Shown: positions 22,301 through 31,325, counted from the stretch's first letter. The stretch: 64,000 nt of DNA from Alphaproteobacteria bacterium (GCA_031549365.1 JAVBPX010000005.1:1-64000), one strand, 5' to 3'. Made by a program: numbers and translations. Notes: generated from the sequence alone by a model not told the origin.

Positions 22301-22445
22301 CGACGAATTATCAAATGCTATTAATACGCATTTAGATATGATTTCTGAAAACGTGTTGGCAACCGCCATTTCGGCCGGAAAATCCGACGCATTTACAACC
22401 GAAATCGAAGGTCATAAATTATCAATTTCGATTACGAAAAATTGA
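19359..22445 (+). CDS. ileS: Isoleucine-tRNA ligase, type 2
   Basis: GPPFAN..PHLGH, WTTTPWTLP, WSISRNRYFG, DCWFESGSMP, KMSKS; long C-terminus without a Zn finger. Confidence 0.97.
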   Translation: MNKKYNATTAKADFPNLEQSVLKMWSDRGTFKKTLKQTENGQPFSFYDGPPFANNTPHLGHLSVSAMKDMVARFQTMNGKHVVRELGWDCHGLPAELSVEKQFKKPALDYVRENGIADFCEKCSLDVTKYAGMWVEYIDRLGRWVDTDNGTGYRTMDKNFMESVIWTIKELYKKDLIFQDVRINPLSWKLGTVLSNFEANQDYRDVTDDAITVALDLSNGMRALVWTTTPWTLPANSALAVNPNLNYAVYHDVDGNDYVLVETRVKAYEKQLVNATFVKTIPGSELVGLTYTPLFPYYLDHEKRDHLFTILGGDFVTDSDGTGIVHIAPAFGEDDFQIARNHNAAFPVICNVDDNGNFTADVLDWANKNIFESQPEIMSKLREMGRLVKKESYTHSYPYCARAGEKLIYKATNSFYVDVPKIREQLIANNKKVNWITGGGRFEKWIEGARAWSISRNRYFGVPIPVWVSDNPQYPRMDVYGSIAEIENDFDVKLNDLHRPSLDPLTRPNPDDPTGSSTMRRVTDVLDCWFESGSMPWASLHYPFENVDRFEKTFPADYIIEGMDQTRGWFYTLMVLATALFDKPAFMTVTANGLTLDENKKKMSKSLGNYSDPSEMFKKYGADSIRLYVLGSPLFKGEPISIDKAGSVFAKTLQSTLIPLWNAYHLFTLYANADNVVANENYNSSDVLDRYILNKMNDLINDVTSSLSAYSTDTAVRQITTFIDVLNNWYIRRSRERFWNGDQSAFDTLYTVLITLCKLMAPLTPFITESIYTNLTGLESVHLCKWPVANKMSEFDHKLVMDMDRVQMISATAKALREQFGLRNRLPLSSMTVAGWNAPEYTEILADELNVKNVIFTETYETVADPFLYLITPKIGARLGAHLSKIIPASKSGDYKLVGDKLEIAGQTLNSDEFEIRLNVKPNVSGATLPDNTAVVILDTFVTPELAAEGMARDTIRFIQDTRKEMNLNVSDRISIVYETDDELSNAINTHLDMISENVLATAISAGKSDAFTTEIEGHKLSISITKN

Positions 22446-22457
22446 TTTGTTTGTGCA

Positions 22458-22501
22458 TTGTTAATTCGAGAATAAAATTTCGTTATTTCCCGAATTAACA
22501 A
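22458..22501 (+). repeat. 44-bp palindromic repeat, copy 2
   Basis: TTGTTAATTCG-AG-AATAA...TTATT-TCC-CGAATTAACAA. Confidence 0.85.
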
Positions 22502-22577
22502 TGGAACTATAATTTTTGTTTTATAAAAATGAGAAAAATACTCTTATGAAATAAAATCCTCAATTTGGGGATTTTAT

Positions 22578-23192
22578 TTATGCTGATTTAATCTTTCGTT
22601 TATTCAAAATCAAATTTATATTATTTTGGATACTTTCGACTGAATCGCCGGCATTTACGTAATTAACTCGACCCACTTTTTCAAAATGTTTTATAACCGG
22701 TCTGGTTTTTTCATTGTATTCAAAAAACCGCTGATTAATAATGTCATTGTTGATATCATCCAATCGCCCCGAATTTTTTCCGCGTGAAATTATTCGCTGT
22801 TGGCTCATTTCATCGGAAATCGCAAAATAAAATACTATCAATTGATTATGAAAAACGTTTCTCTGACTGACTTTTTTAAATAATCTTGTTAATAATTTCG
22901 CCTGATCCATTGTACGTGGTGCGCCGTCCATAATAACACCGTTTTTGCAATCTGGTTGATTTACACGCGCAATTATTAATTTTGCAATAATTTCATCCGG
23001 CACCAATTTTCCCATTGCCATATATATTTTTGCAATGCGTCCCAAATTTGTTCCCAACGCAATATTTTCACGCAATAATTCACCCACATCAATATGCGGA
23101 TAATTGATATGTTTTGATAACAAATTTGCCTGGGTTCCTTTGCCCGAACCGGGCGCACCCATAAATAAAATTAAATTTTTCGAACTTTCCAT
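22578..23192 (-). CDS. adk: Adenylate kinase, short-LID type
   Basis: GAPGSGKGTQA, GELLR, GKLVPD, MDGAPRT, R.DD. Confidence 0.95.
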   Translation of the reverse strand: MESSKNLILFMGAPGSGKGTQANLLSKHINYPHIDVGELLRENIALGTNLGRIAKIYMAMGKLVPDEIIAKLIIARVNQPDCKNGVIMDGAPRTMDQAKLLTRLFKKVSQRNVFHNQLIVFYFAISDEMSQQRIISRGKNSGRLDDINNDIINQRFFEYNEKTRPVIKHFEKVGRVNYVNAGDSVESIQNNINLILNKRKIKSA

Positions 23193-23269
23193 TTTACAAT
23201 TTTCCAACTTAAAATGGGGGCATACCGAAGTTAATCGGATTGCCCCCCTGATCAAATTTAACAACTGGA

Positions 23270-24553
23270 TTATTTTGCGTCGTGCGACTTAAATAATTCG
23301 GTTGCTTCAACTTTTTTCTCTTTGGTTTTAACCAATTCCAACATTTTATCCAATACTTTTTGTTCATACAAAATTCCACGCAACATTGATACTGCTTGGC
23401 GATTTTTGGAATAGTAATCAAACACAGCTTCGTGTTGGCCTGGATATTTCATCGCTTCTTGGAAAATTGCTTGTTGGATTTCATCCTGAGTTACTTCAAT
23501 TTTGTTTTGATTTCCCCATTCTGCCAAAATTAACCCCAATTTAACACGACGTTCCGCTTCTTTTTTCGCAGATTTTTCATCGAATTTTTCGCCATCGTGT
23601 TCCGATTGATGCTTTGCCATTTCAACTTCTTGGGATACCAATGTTTCTGGCACATCCATTTTTACTTTGTCTGACAATGTTTCCAACAATTCTTCTTTCA
23701 TGTCGCGAATTGATGCCAATTTATATTGTTCTGCCAAAATTTTGCGAATGTGTTCCATCAAAGCATCCAATGATTCTTGGCCCACTTCTTTGGCCAAGGC
23801 ATCGTTGATTTCTGGAATTACATTTTTGCGCAATCCGTGCAGTACGATTTCGAATTTAACTTGTTTGCCCGCCAATTCTTTGGAATGATAATCGGATGGA
23901 AAAGTTACATTAATATCAAATTTTCCACGTTTTTTTCCAACGATTGCTTCTTCGAATCCTGGGATAAAACTATTTGATCCCAATTCCAGCATGTGATGTT
24001 TGGCTTCGCCGCCTTCGAATGGCGTGTCGCCCAAAAATCCCTTGAAATCGATGTCGGCAACATGGCCAATTTCAGCCGAAATATCTTCTTCGATTTTTTC
24101 AGAAACACGACGTGATTTCGCCAAATTGATTAATCCGCGTTGAACTTCTTCTTCGTCAATGTCGGCAACTTTTTTGGTAAGCGTTATTTTTTCCAATTCA
24201 ATTTTTGGCAATGGTGGCAAAATATCAAATTCCAGAGTGTATTCGACGTCTTTACCCTCTTCCATTTTTTCAACTTTGGCATCCGGAGATCCCGCCAAAC
24301 GAATTTTATGCTCGGTTGCATATGCATCCATATCGGCATTCATCATATTGTTGATTGTTTCATGCATAACTGATGAGCCGTATTTTTGGCGCAATACATC
24401 CAACGGAATATGTCCAGGGCGAAAACCAGCAATTTTAGCTGTTTTGCCATGTTCCATTAAAATTTTATCTGATTCTGCTTGGATGTCGGCAACAGACAAA
24501 ACACCATGAACAACATAATGCAAGTCTTTGATTTTATCTTTTTTGATGGCCAT
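23270..24553 (-). CDS. tig: Trigger factor
   Basis: GFRPGHIP ribosome-binding motif and FKBP domain FEGG...FIPGFEE. Confidence 0.97.
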   Translation of the reverse strand: MAIKKDKIKDLHYVVHGVLSVADIQAESDKILMEHGKTAKIAGFRPGHIPLDVLRQKYGSSVMHETINNMMNADMDAYATEHKIRLAGSPDAKVEKMEEGKDVEYTLEFDILPPLPKIELEKITLTKKVADIDEEEVQRGLINLAKSRRVSEKIEEDISAEIGHVADIDFKGFLGDTPFEGGEAKHHMLELGSNSFIPGFEEAIVGKKRGKFDINVTFPSDYHSKELAGKQVKFEIVLHGLRKNVIPEINDALAKEVGQESLDALMEHIRKILAEQYKLASIRDMKEELLETLSDKVKMDVPETLVSQEVEMAKHQSEHDGEKFDEKSAKKEAERRVKLGLILAEWGNQNKIEVTQDEIQQAIFQEAMKYPGQHEAVFDYYSKNRQAVSMLRGILYEQKVLDKMLELVKTKEKKVEATELFKSHDAK

Positions 24554-24653
24554 GATTTTATCCTTAAAATTTTATATATTATATAAATTGCAAAATCCCC
24601 GTTGGCAATATTGCGTCCATGAATGAACACTCTGCCAATGGGGATAATTGTTT

Positions 24654-25088
24654 TTATCGTTTCGAGAACTGAGTCGATCTACGCGCTTTTCTGAATCCGT
24701 AATGTTTACGTTCAACAGTACGTGAATCGCGGGTCAAGAAACCTTCTTTCTTTAATGATGTGCGCAACTCTGGTTCAATCAAAGTCAAAGCTTTGGAAAT
24801 ACCGTGTTTAACGGCACCGGCTTGACCTGATAATCCACCGCCAACAACGGTTGCGAATACATCATATTGTCCTTCGCGTTTTGCAATGCCAAATGGTTGG
24901 CGCAAAATCATTTGCAATACTGGACGTTTAAAATATTCGTTCATATCACGATCGTTTACAACAATGTTTCCTTTGCCTGGGGCCAAGAATACGCGAGCAA
25001 CTGAATCTTTGCGTTTTCCGGTTGCATAAACTTTCATTTTGTTTGTTGTTACTTTTGCAACAGCAACTGTTTCTTTTTTGGCAACCAT
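24654..25088 (-). CDS. rpsI: 30S ribosomal protein S9
   Basis: [17 protein letters not shown]-terminal QFSKR. Confidence 0.99.
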   Translation of the reverse strand: MVAKKETVAVAKVTTNKMKVYATGKRKDSVARVFLAPGKGNIVVNDRDMNEYFKRPVLQMILRQPFGIAKREGQYDVFATVVGGGLSGQAGAVKHGISKALTLIEPELRTSLKKEGFLTRDSRTVERKHYGFRKARRSTQFSKR

Positions 25089-25558
25089 TATGCGCTCCTT
25101 TTATTTTTAACGTTCAAGCTTGCGAAATCAACAACAACTGGCTTTTGCGCAGTGTGTTTGTGTTCAGCGCCGGCGTAAATATGCAATTTTGTTAAACGCA
25201 AATCGGATAAAGCTGTTGAATTACGGCGTCCCATCATGCGTTTCACAGCATTGAATACCAATTCAGTTGGTTTTTCAGCGCGCATTTGACCCAATGTACG
25301 GGATTTCAAACCGCCAGTCCAACCAGAATGCCAATGAAACTCGTCTTTGTCTGCTTTGTTACCAGTCAATGCGATTTTATCAGCATTAATGATAACAACG
25401 TGATCGCCACCATCCATGTGTGGCGTGTATGTTGCTTTGTTTTTACCGCGTAAAACGTTTGCAGCGTATGCTGCCAAACGTCCCAACACGATATCCGTGG
25501 CGTCAATCAAAATCCATTGTGGATTTAAATCGCCCTTTTTCAGATTCGGTGTACCCAT
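25088..25558 (-). CDS. rplM: 50S ribosomal protein L13
   Basis: [20 protein letters not shown]. Confidence 0.99.
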   Translation of the reverse strand: MGTPNLKKGDLNPQWILIDATDIVLGRLAAYAANVLRGKNKATYTPHMDGGDHVVIINADKIALTGNKADKDEFHWHSGWTGGLKSRTLGQMRAEKPTELVFNAVKRMMGRRNSTALSDLRLTKLHIYAGAEHKHTAQKPVVVDFASLNVKNKRSA

Positions 25559-25585
25559 TGTTTTTTCCTCTTGGTTAACGGGTGT

Positions 25586-25613
25586 ATTTTATGAATAATT
25601 TTACACAAGTCAA
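25586..25613 (-). promoter_or_regulatory. Sigma70 promoter of rplM-rpsI
   Basis: TTGACT-16 bp-TAAAAT on the minus strand. Confidence 0.65.
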
Positions 25614-25693
25614 GAAAAAACGCAAAAATCCGCACAAATTTCGTATATGGTATTTTAATACCGCATTTAAAACCAACAACTTTATGCTGCTTA

Positions 25694-25729
25694 TGTCATT
25701 GCTTGGGGTCGCGACTCTGCGGCAATGAC
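25694..25729 (+). repeat. GTCATTGC...GCAATGAC REP-like palindrome
   Basis: 8-bp terminal inverted repeat with an inner GGGGTC/GACTCT stem; related to 27140 and 55036. Confidence 0.55.
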
Positions 25730-25770
25730 TGCAATTGATGTTATATACCGCTAAACCCTTTCTCGCACCT

Positions 25771-25813
25771 AGTTAATTTCAGGAAAATTTCAAATTTTCT
25801 CTGGAATTAACAA
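25771..25813 (+). repeat. 44-bp-type palindromic repeat, copy 3
   Basis: AGTTAATTTC-AG-GAAAATT-TCA-AATTTTC-TCT-GGAATTAACAA. Confidence 0.85.
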
Positions 25814-25884
25814 TATCAACCATAATTATTGAATTAAAATATAATTTTTGTTATCATTGTCGGGTAATCCAAGGGGAATAAATT

Positions 25885-26022
25885 ATGAAAAAATTATTAA
25901 TATTATTTGCAATCGTGCTGCCTTTGGCCGCATGCTGTAATTGTTCGCGCGAACCAATCGTTGCTGAAAATGCTGCGTTAATAATACCGCCACATGTTGA
26001 ACAGACGCCGGACGCCAATTAA
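25885..26022 (+). CDS. Small lipoprotein, 45 aa, possibly DUF3035-like (missing from the ORF track)
   Basis: AAGGGG RBS; MKKLLILFAIVLPLAAC with lipobox LAAC; ALIIPP motif. Confidence 0.7.
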   Translation: MKKLLILFAIVLPLAACCNCSREPIVAENAALIIPPHVEQTPDAN

Positions 26023-26079
26023 ACTTGCGCGCGCACCAAAATTGTGGTATAATTAGCCGTATAAGTGAAGGAGATCACC

Positions 26080-26427
26080 ATGAAATTTACAAATAAATAC
26101 TTAAAACCAATGGCTTTGGCCGCATTTGTAATGGCTGCAACCGTATCAACCGGGTACGCCGATGTGCCAGATGTTCAGGTTGGCAAATTAAGCGCCGAAA
26201 TGTTCAAAATTTTCAAAATTCTGCGCAGCTTGGCCTTTATTGGCGCTGCATTCATCCTGGCTGGCAAGGCATGGGGCTGGATCAAAGCGGGTAAAGTTGA
26301 ATGGGAAAACGAAATGAAAGGATCTGGTATGGCCATGATCGTTGGATTCTTTGTTCTGTTTTCAATCGGAATGATTATTGGCCTGTTTATCCCCGAGGGC
26401 GGAAACGTTGTATCAGCTTGGAAATAA
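26080..26427 (+). CDS. VirB2/TrbC pilin-like membrane protein
   Basis: AAGGAG RBS, signal peptide ending GYA, two hydrophobic helices separated by a short charged loop. Has an upstream TATAAT and a terminator at about 26445-26468. Confidence 0.55.
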   Translation: MKFTNKYLKPMALAAFVMAATVSTGYADVPDVQVGKLSAEMFKIFKILRSLAFIGAAFILAGKAWGWIKAGKVEWENEMKGSGMAMIVGFFVLFSIGMIIGLFIPEGGNVVSAWK

Positions 26428-26488
26428 ATGGCACGCAATTCTTAAAAACCCCGATAATCGGGGTTTTTATTTATAAAGGGGATAACAT

Positions 26489-27043
26489 ATGACATTATTA
26501 CAATTATTGGATATTATAAATATTGTTTGTTGGGTGTTTTTGGCTGTTTTTTTGATTACAACTGTTGTGCCCAGTACAATTTTTAAAATGACCCCACCAT
26601 ATCCATCGCAACACGTTATGCGTCAAGCCCTGATTGACGCCATTAAAAAATATTATCCCAATGCAAAAACATTAATTGATATTGGCTCTGGCTGGGGTGG
26701 ATTGGCACGAATGGTTGGAAAACAAAACCCAAATATGCGTATTGTTGGTTTGGAATATTTACCATTACCGTGGGCGTGTTCCAAAATTGTACGTTTTTTT
26801 ATGGGGCCCCGTAATGTTCGATTTATTTACGCGAATGCGTTCAAATATATCCCTAAACATCCGTCTGATATCGGCGTTTCATACTTGTTGAAAAAATCAA
26901 TGCCTCGCGTTAATGAAATGTCCAAATATTTCCGAGTTTTAATTGTTTTGGATTTTCCGATACCGGATCGAGAACCAACACATGTCATTGATTTACATCA
27001 TGACGAATTGGGAAAACACCGGATTTTTGTTTATGAAAATTAA
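26489..27043 (+). CDS. Membrane-anchored class I SAM-dependent methyltransferase
   Basis: N-terminal TM helix, LIDIGSGWG motif I, GLE motif II. Confidence 0.85.
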   Translation: MTLLQLLDIINIVCWVFLAVFLITTVVPSTIFKMTPPYPSQHVMRQALIDAIKKYYPNAKTLIDIGSGWGGLARMVGKQNPNMRIVGLEYLPLPWACSKIVRFFMGPRNVRFIYANAFKYIPKHPSDIGVSYLLKKSMPRVNEMSKYFRVLIVLDFPIPDREPTHVIDLHHDELGKHRIFVYEN

Positions 27044-27053
27044 TAGCGAGTTA

Positions 27054-27097
27054 TTGTTAATTTCAGAATAATTAAAAACTATTTCCGAAATCAACAA
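27054..27097 (+). repeat. 44-bp palindromic repeat, copy 4
   Basis: TTGTTAATTTC-AG-AATAATT-AAA-AACTATT-TCC-GAAATCAACAA. Confidence 0.85.
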
Positions 27098-27230
27098 GAT
27101 TCGCAATAACAAAAAAATGATATTTTGCTGGGGCGTTTGTGTCATCGAGAGTCAATTTATTGACACGGCAATCTTTGCAATTTGATTTAATTAGTGATAT
27201 AATGTTCATGTATAACCACAGGAATTTAAT

Positions 27231-27359
27231 ATGCCATTAAAACGTAAAAACAACACAAAAAAATACTTAATTATCGGCGTTTTGATAATTTTGGTCGTAT
27301 TGATGATTGTATCAATGCCGGCACCCGATCATGTAACCGAAGTTGTGTTGCATCAATAG
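27231..27359 (+). CDS. 42-aa single-pass membrane protein (missing from the ORF track)
   Basis: Upstream TGATATAAT and AGGA RBS; MPLKRKNNTKKYLIIGVLIILVVLMIVSMPAP... (basic N-terminus plus TM helix). Confidence 0.7.
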   Translation: MPLKRKNNTKKYLIIGVLIILVVLMIVSMPAPDHVTEVVLHQ

Positions 27360-27368
27360 ATATTAATG

Positions 27369-27412
27369 TTGTTAATTTCAGGAAAATTGAAAATTTTCTC
27401 CGAAATTAACAA
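27369..27412 (+). repeat. 44-bp palindromic repeat, copy 5
   Basis: TTGTTAATTTC-AG-GAAAATT-GAA-AATTTTC-TCC-GAAATTAACAA. Confidence 0.9.
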
Positions 27413-27457
27413 TGATAAAAACAATGGGCAATAAATATAAAATTATTGAATTTATAA

Positions 27458-28339
27458 ATGAATGCGATTGAATTGTTTTTGGAAATGTTGTCGGCAGAAC
27501 GTGGTCGCGCAAAATTAACATTGGAATCATACGAATCCGATTTAACCGCAATTTATAATGAATTGGGCGATTTGACCCAGCTATCCACACACGATATTCA
27601 AAATTATTTCATGAAATTATTAAATGAAAATATGGCCGCAACTTCCATCGCACGCAAGGCTTCGGCATTGCGCCAATTTTATAAATTTATGAATTTGGAA
27701 AAATGGATGGATAAAAATCCAATGGCCGGCGTTGAACTACCAAAACGCCAAAAATCATTACCAAAATATTTGGATGAATCCGACATTACATCATTAATAA
27801 ATTCAGCCGAAGACATTAAAAACACCAAACGTTTGCGCGCCATGATCGAATTATTATACGCATCGGGATTGCGGGTTTCCGAACTGGTATCCTTGCCCAT
27901 GTCTGCTGTATTAAATGATAAATTATTAATACACGGCAAGGGATCCAAAGAACGCATGGTCCCAATTCACAACACCGCGCGTCGCGCATTGGATGAATAT
28001 TTTGTTGTGCGCCCTGCATTTATTCCAAATGGACGCAAAGCATCCCCATTTGTATTCCCCAGTGCATCCGAATCCGGGCATTTGACCCGTGATGGTTTTT
28101 ATAAAATTTTAAAAAAGTGCGCGGTACTGTCCGGCATTGACCCATTGCGCGTATCGCCCCACGTTTTACGACATTCTTTTGCTTCGCATTTATTGGCCCA
28201 TGGTGCAAATTTGCGCGCAATTCAAACTATGCTCGGGCACGAAGATATTGCAACAACGCAAATTTATACCCATGTATTGCCGCAACATTTGGTTGATGCC
28301 GTTCAATCGCATCATCCGTTATCTGGGAAAAAATTATGA
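27458..28339 (+). CDS. xerD: Tyrosine recombinase XerD
   Basis: LYASGLRVSELV, GKGSKER, SPHVLRHSFASHLL..GA.LRAIQTMLGH.DIATTQIYTHV: all catalytic residues are present. Confidence 0.92.
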   Translation: MNAIELFLEMLSAERGRAKLTLESYESDLTAIYNELGDLTQLSTHDIQNYFMKLLNENMAATSIARKASALRQFYKFMNLEKWMDKNPMAGVELPKRQKSLPKYLDESDITSLINSAEDIKNTKRLRAMIELLYASGLRVSELVSLPMSAVLNDKLLIHGKGSKERMVPIHNTARRALDEYFVVRPAFIPNGRKASPFVFPSASESGHLTRDGFYKILKKCAVLSGIDPLRVSPHVLRHSFASHLLAHGANLRAIQTMLGHEDIATTQIYTHVLPQHLVDAVQSHHPLSGKKL

Positions 28340-28824
28340 AAGTACAAAAATGCGATTTTCCAAATTGTACAAAATTGGGCAACTGTCGCGCGCCCAAGGA
28401 TCGCAAATTAAACGAATATTATATGTTTTGTTCAAAACATGCCGCCGAATATAATAAAAATTGGAATTATTATTCGGGGATGAGCGAATCTGAAATAAAC
28501 GCAGATTGGGAACGACAAACATTTGGTCCACATCCATTCGAATCATTTCATGATGATCATCATTTGGATTTTTTACGCGCTTATCTATCCGATTCGCGTG
28601 CTGGGACAAAAAAAATATTATCCCCAAACGCCGCACAAAACCGTGCATTAAAAACACTGGAACTAAATTGGCCAACTACAATGGTTGACATTCAAAAACA
28701 ATACCGAAAACTGGCAAAAAAATATCATCCTGATACTTCTGCTTCTGCCAATTCTCAAAAAATATTCCAAGAGATTGCGGCCGCATACGACACATTATCA
28801 AAATGGTTAAAACCAGTAAAATAG
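28336..28824 (+). CDS. J-domain protein with N-terminal Cys/His motif
   Basis: C..P.C...G..RAPK...FC..H...YNK.WNYY.GMS and C-terminal KKYHPD. Confidence 0.9.
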   Translation: MKVQKCDFPNCTKLGNCRAPKDRKLNEYYMFCSKHAAEYNKNWNYYSGMSESEINADWERQTFGPHPFESFHDDHHLDFLRAYLSDSRAGTKKILSPNAAQNRALKTLELNWPTTMVDIQKQYRKLAKKYHPDTSASANSQKIFQEIAAAYDTLSKWLKPVK

Positions 28825-28861
28825 CCTTGTTTTTTTTCGTTATATTTCCTAGAATATTCAC

Positions 28862-29680
28862 ATGAGAAAAATTATTCCATTTTTATTATCCGCCATTATT
28901 GCAATGCCCGCCATTGCGTTGGAACCGTTTTTTTTGGACGAAATGGAAGATACTACATCAGATCAACCATCCGCCACTATTATTGACGAGCCAACATTTG
29001 TTGATCAATTTTCGGATGATCAGTTGCCAGATATAATGTATTTGGATGACGGTCAAGATTTTGCAAACGTTCGCATGTTTGATATTGCCGGAATATTTTT
29101 GGGCATGCAATTCGAAGATGTACAAACATTATTTTATAAAACCCGGGGTTTGTATGCGCCCGTGGATAAAAATTCAATCAAATATTCAATACCAAAAGAA
29201 TGGCGATATAATTTGGATTATGAATGTCGCCAGGGCGGAATTTACATCCCGGCCGAGGTTGAACGTTGTATCCAATCGTCCGCCAAAAAACGTGGATTTT
29301 TGTATCCCGCAGAAATGCATTTGGTTCGTAAAAAAACCGGCGAAAACATATATGTTTATTTCACATCAAATTTAACGAATAATAATGTGTGGAAAATTGT
29401 ATACCAAAACGATGTGGACGAGGTTGAGGGGTTGGACGAAAAATTTGAATACCAACGGGAAAAGAAAATATTAACATTTTGGCAATCAGTATTGGATAAA
29501 TATGGCGCGCCAAATTCTGGAACTGCCGCTTGGATTTCATCCGACAACCCGTTCGATCCGATGATGGAGGCCGCATACGGCGAATTAATACTCCAAGATC
29601 GTTCAATGCATGCCAATGATATTAACGAAAATACGCTGGATTCACGGGCCAGATTCCAATCCAAACCTTATGCTTTCTGA
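28862..29680 (+). CDS. Secreted hypothetical protein with acidic N-terminus
   Basis: Signal peptide ending AIA; 272 aa. Confidence 0.8.
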   Translation: MRKIIPFLLSAIIAMPAIALEPFFLDEMEDTTSDQPSATIIDEPTFVDQFSDDQLPDIMYLDDGQDFANVRMFDIAGIFLGMQFEDVQTLFYKTRGLYAPVDKNSIKYSIPKEWRYNLDYECRQGGIYIPAEVERCIQSSAKKRGFLYPAEMHLVRKKTGENIYVYFTSNLTNNNVWKIVYQNDVDEVEGLDEKFEYQREKKILTFWQSVLDKYGAPNSGTAAWISSDNPFDPMMEAAYGELILQDRSMHANDINENTLDSRARFQSKPYAF

Positions 29681-29682
29681 TA

Positions 29683-29726
29683 ATGTTAATTTCAGGAAAA
29701 TTAAAAATTTACTACGAAATTAACAA
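29683..29726 (+). repeat. 44-bp palindromic repeat, copy 6
   Basis: ATGTTAATTTC-AG-GAAAATT-AAA-AATTTAC-TAC-GAAATTAACAA. Confidence 0.85.
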
Positions 29727-29792
29727 ATGTAACAAAAAAACAAACACATTTATATTTTAGTTGTCATTGATGACAATTACAGCTATACAAAA

Positions 29793-30116
29793 CTATTGTT
29801 TGAATACTATTTTTTTGATTGTTTCCGAACCATAATAATTATTAATTTTTTCCAACAATTCGCGTTGCCGAAACGATAAAACCATGGCGGATGCAGGCGT
29901 TGTTAATTTTAAAGTTAATGTTCGCCCATCTTTGTTCGATGATAATTTATCAACAACCATTTGTAATGCCAGATCGGGTCCAACAATTGTTTCCCAATGA
30001 TTTTTTAAATCGAAATCACCAATATTACCGCCCAATTCCCGAACAACATGATTTAATCGTGACGCCAGTGTCATTGGCCGGGATTTACGTTGATCAAAAT
30101 CCGGCTTTTTTGCCAT
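29793..30116 (-). CDS. dciA: DciA/DUF721-family helicase loader
   Basis: W..IVG..LA and ELLEKIN.YYG...IKKI pattern. Confidence 0.75.
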   Translation of the reverse strand: MAKKPDFDQRKSRPMTLASRLNHVVRELGGNIGDFDLKNHWETIVGPDLALQMVVDKLSSNKDGRTLTLKLTTPASAMVLSFRQRELLEKINNYYGSETIKKIVFKQ

Positions 30117-31057
30117 TATTCGTCCCCCTCGATCAAAGCGACCGGGCCATCGGTTACATATAAACTCTTTTTATTCTCGGCGTCATCCAAAACCAATTTT
30201 TGTAATTTTTCGAATGCGCGTTCTTCAATTTGACGAACACGTTCGCGTGAAATATTATATTTTTCGGATAATTGTTCCAACGTTTGAACAGGATCGGAAA
30301 GTCGTCTGGATTTTAAAATATCCTGTTCCCGATCAGTCAATTTTTTCATATTATTTTTTAATAACTCTGCCCCCAACGTAGCCAATTCTTTTTGGTCCAA
30401 ACGTTCATCAATTGTAATATTATCGCCCGCCAAATTATCAATCATTTCGGACGCATCATCGCCGGACCCACGTGGCGAATTTAATGACACATCGCGACCC
30501 ATCCGAGATGCCATGCGTTCAACATCGGATTCAGACACATTTAAATAATTTGCGATTTGTCCAACAGATTCATTCGACAAACGATTATCCATAATTCCCA
30601 ATTCACGTTTTGCCCGTGCCAGGTTGAAAAACAACCTTTTTTGATTACTGCTGCTGCCGATTTTAACAATCGACCAATTGTTTAAAATCGTTTCGTAAAT
30701 CGCAGCACGAATCCACCATAACGCATACGTTGTTAAACGAAATCCGCGTTCGGGGTCGAATTTTTTAACGGCCTGCATTAATCCCATGTTGCCCTCGGCA
30801 ATTAGATCGGACATTGGAATACCGTAATTTTTGAATTCATACGCAACGGACACAACCAATCGCAAATGCGAAGTAACCAAACGTTCGGCCGCCATTGTGT
30901 CATGATCCCGCTGCCAACGGGTTGCCATTGTGTATTCTTCCTCGGCTGACAATATGGGGAAGCGCTGAATATCACGAATATATTGTTCCAAACCAACTTC
31001 GTCGCTGACACCGCGAACGGCCATCAACGATTGATTCGGATTGTTCTTTTTGCTCAT
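30116..31057 (-). CDS. rpoH: RNA polymerase sigma-32 factor
   Basis: LVTSHLRLVV, DLIAEGNMGLMQAVKKFDP, RpoH box QKRLFFNL, SRERVRQIE. Confidence 0.93.
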   Translation of the reverse strand: MSKKNNPNQSLMAVRGVSDEVGLEQYIRDIQRFPILSAEEEYTMATRWQRDHDTMAAERLVTSHLRLVVSVAYEFKNYGIPMSDLIAEGNMGLMQAVKKFDPERGFRLTTYALWWIRAAIYETILNNWSIVKIGSSSNQKRLFFNLARAKRELGIMDNRLSNESVGQIANYLNVSESDVERMASRMGRDVSLNSPRGSGDDASEMIDNLAGDNITIDERLDQKELATLGAELLKNNMKKLTDREQDILKSRRLSDPVQTLEQLSEKYNISRERVRQIEERAFEKLQKLVLDDAENKKSLYVTDGPVALIEGDE

Positions 31058-31110
31058 AGATATATTATAGCACAAAACGCCAAATTTTCAATTGGTATAA
31101 AGTCTTAAAG

Positions 31111-31227
31111 TTAATTAACGGGATAAGTCCGGGGGAAATTCTTGCCACTTGGATGATCTGGGGCCGATTTAACACCGCACCCAACCACAATAAACGCCAA
31201 TAAAATCAGTAATAATGCCTTTTTCAT
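31111..31227 (-). CDS. Small lipoprotein, LptM/YifL-like (38 aa)
   Basis: MKKALLLILLAFIVVG-CGVKSAPDHP: lipobox plus CG.K...P motif. Confidence 0.7.
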   Translation of the reverse strand: MKKALLLILLAFIVVGCGVKSAPDHPSGKNFPRTYPVN

Positions 31228-31250
31228 GTATATATATTGCATTACTTTTA

Positions 31251-31325
31251 TTGTTAATTCAAGAAAAATCCAAGATTTCACTCTCGTTAAAACCAGAATA
31301 ATTGAAATTATTTTTGGTTTTAACA
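31251..31325 (+). repeat. Palindromic repeat copy 7 (31285-31325) preceded by a truncated copy
   Basis: TTGTTAATTCAAG... half copy, then GTTAAAACC-AG-AATAATT-GA-AATTATT-TTT-GGTTTTAAC. Confidence 0.8.

Noticed and set aside
24595-24645. 13-bp stem with 25-nt loop between rpsI and tig as a riboswitch
   Set aside because: No recognisable aptamer motif; most simply a terminator or stability hairpin.
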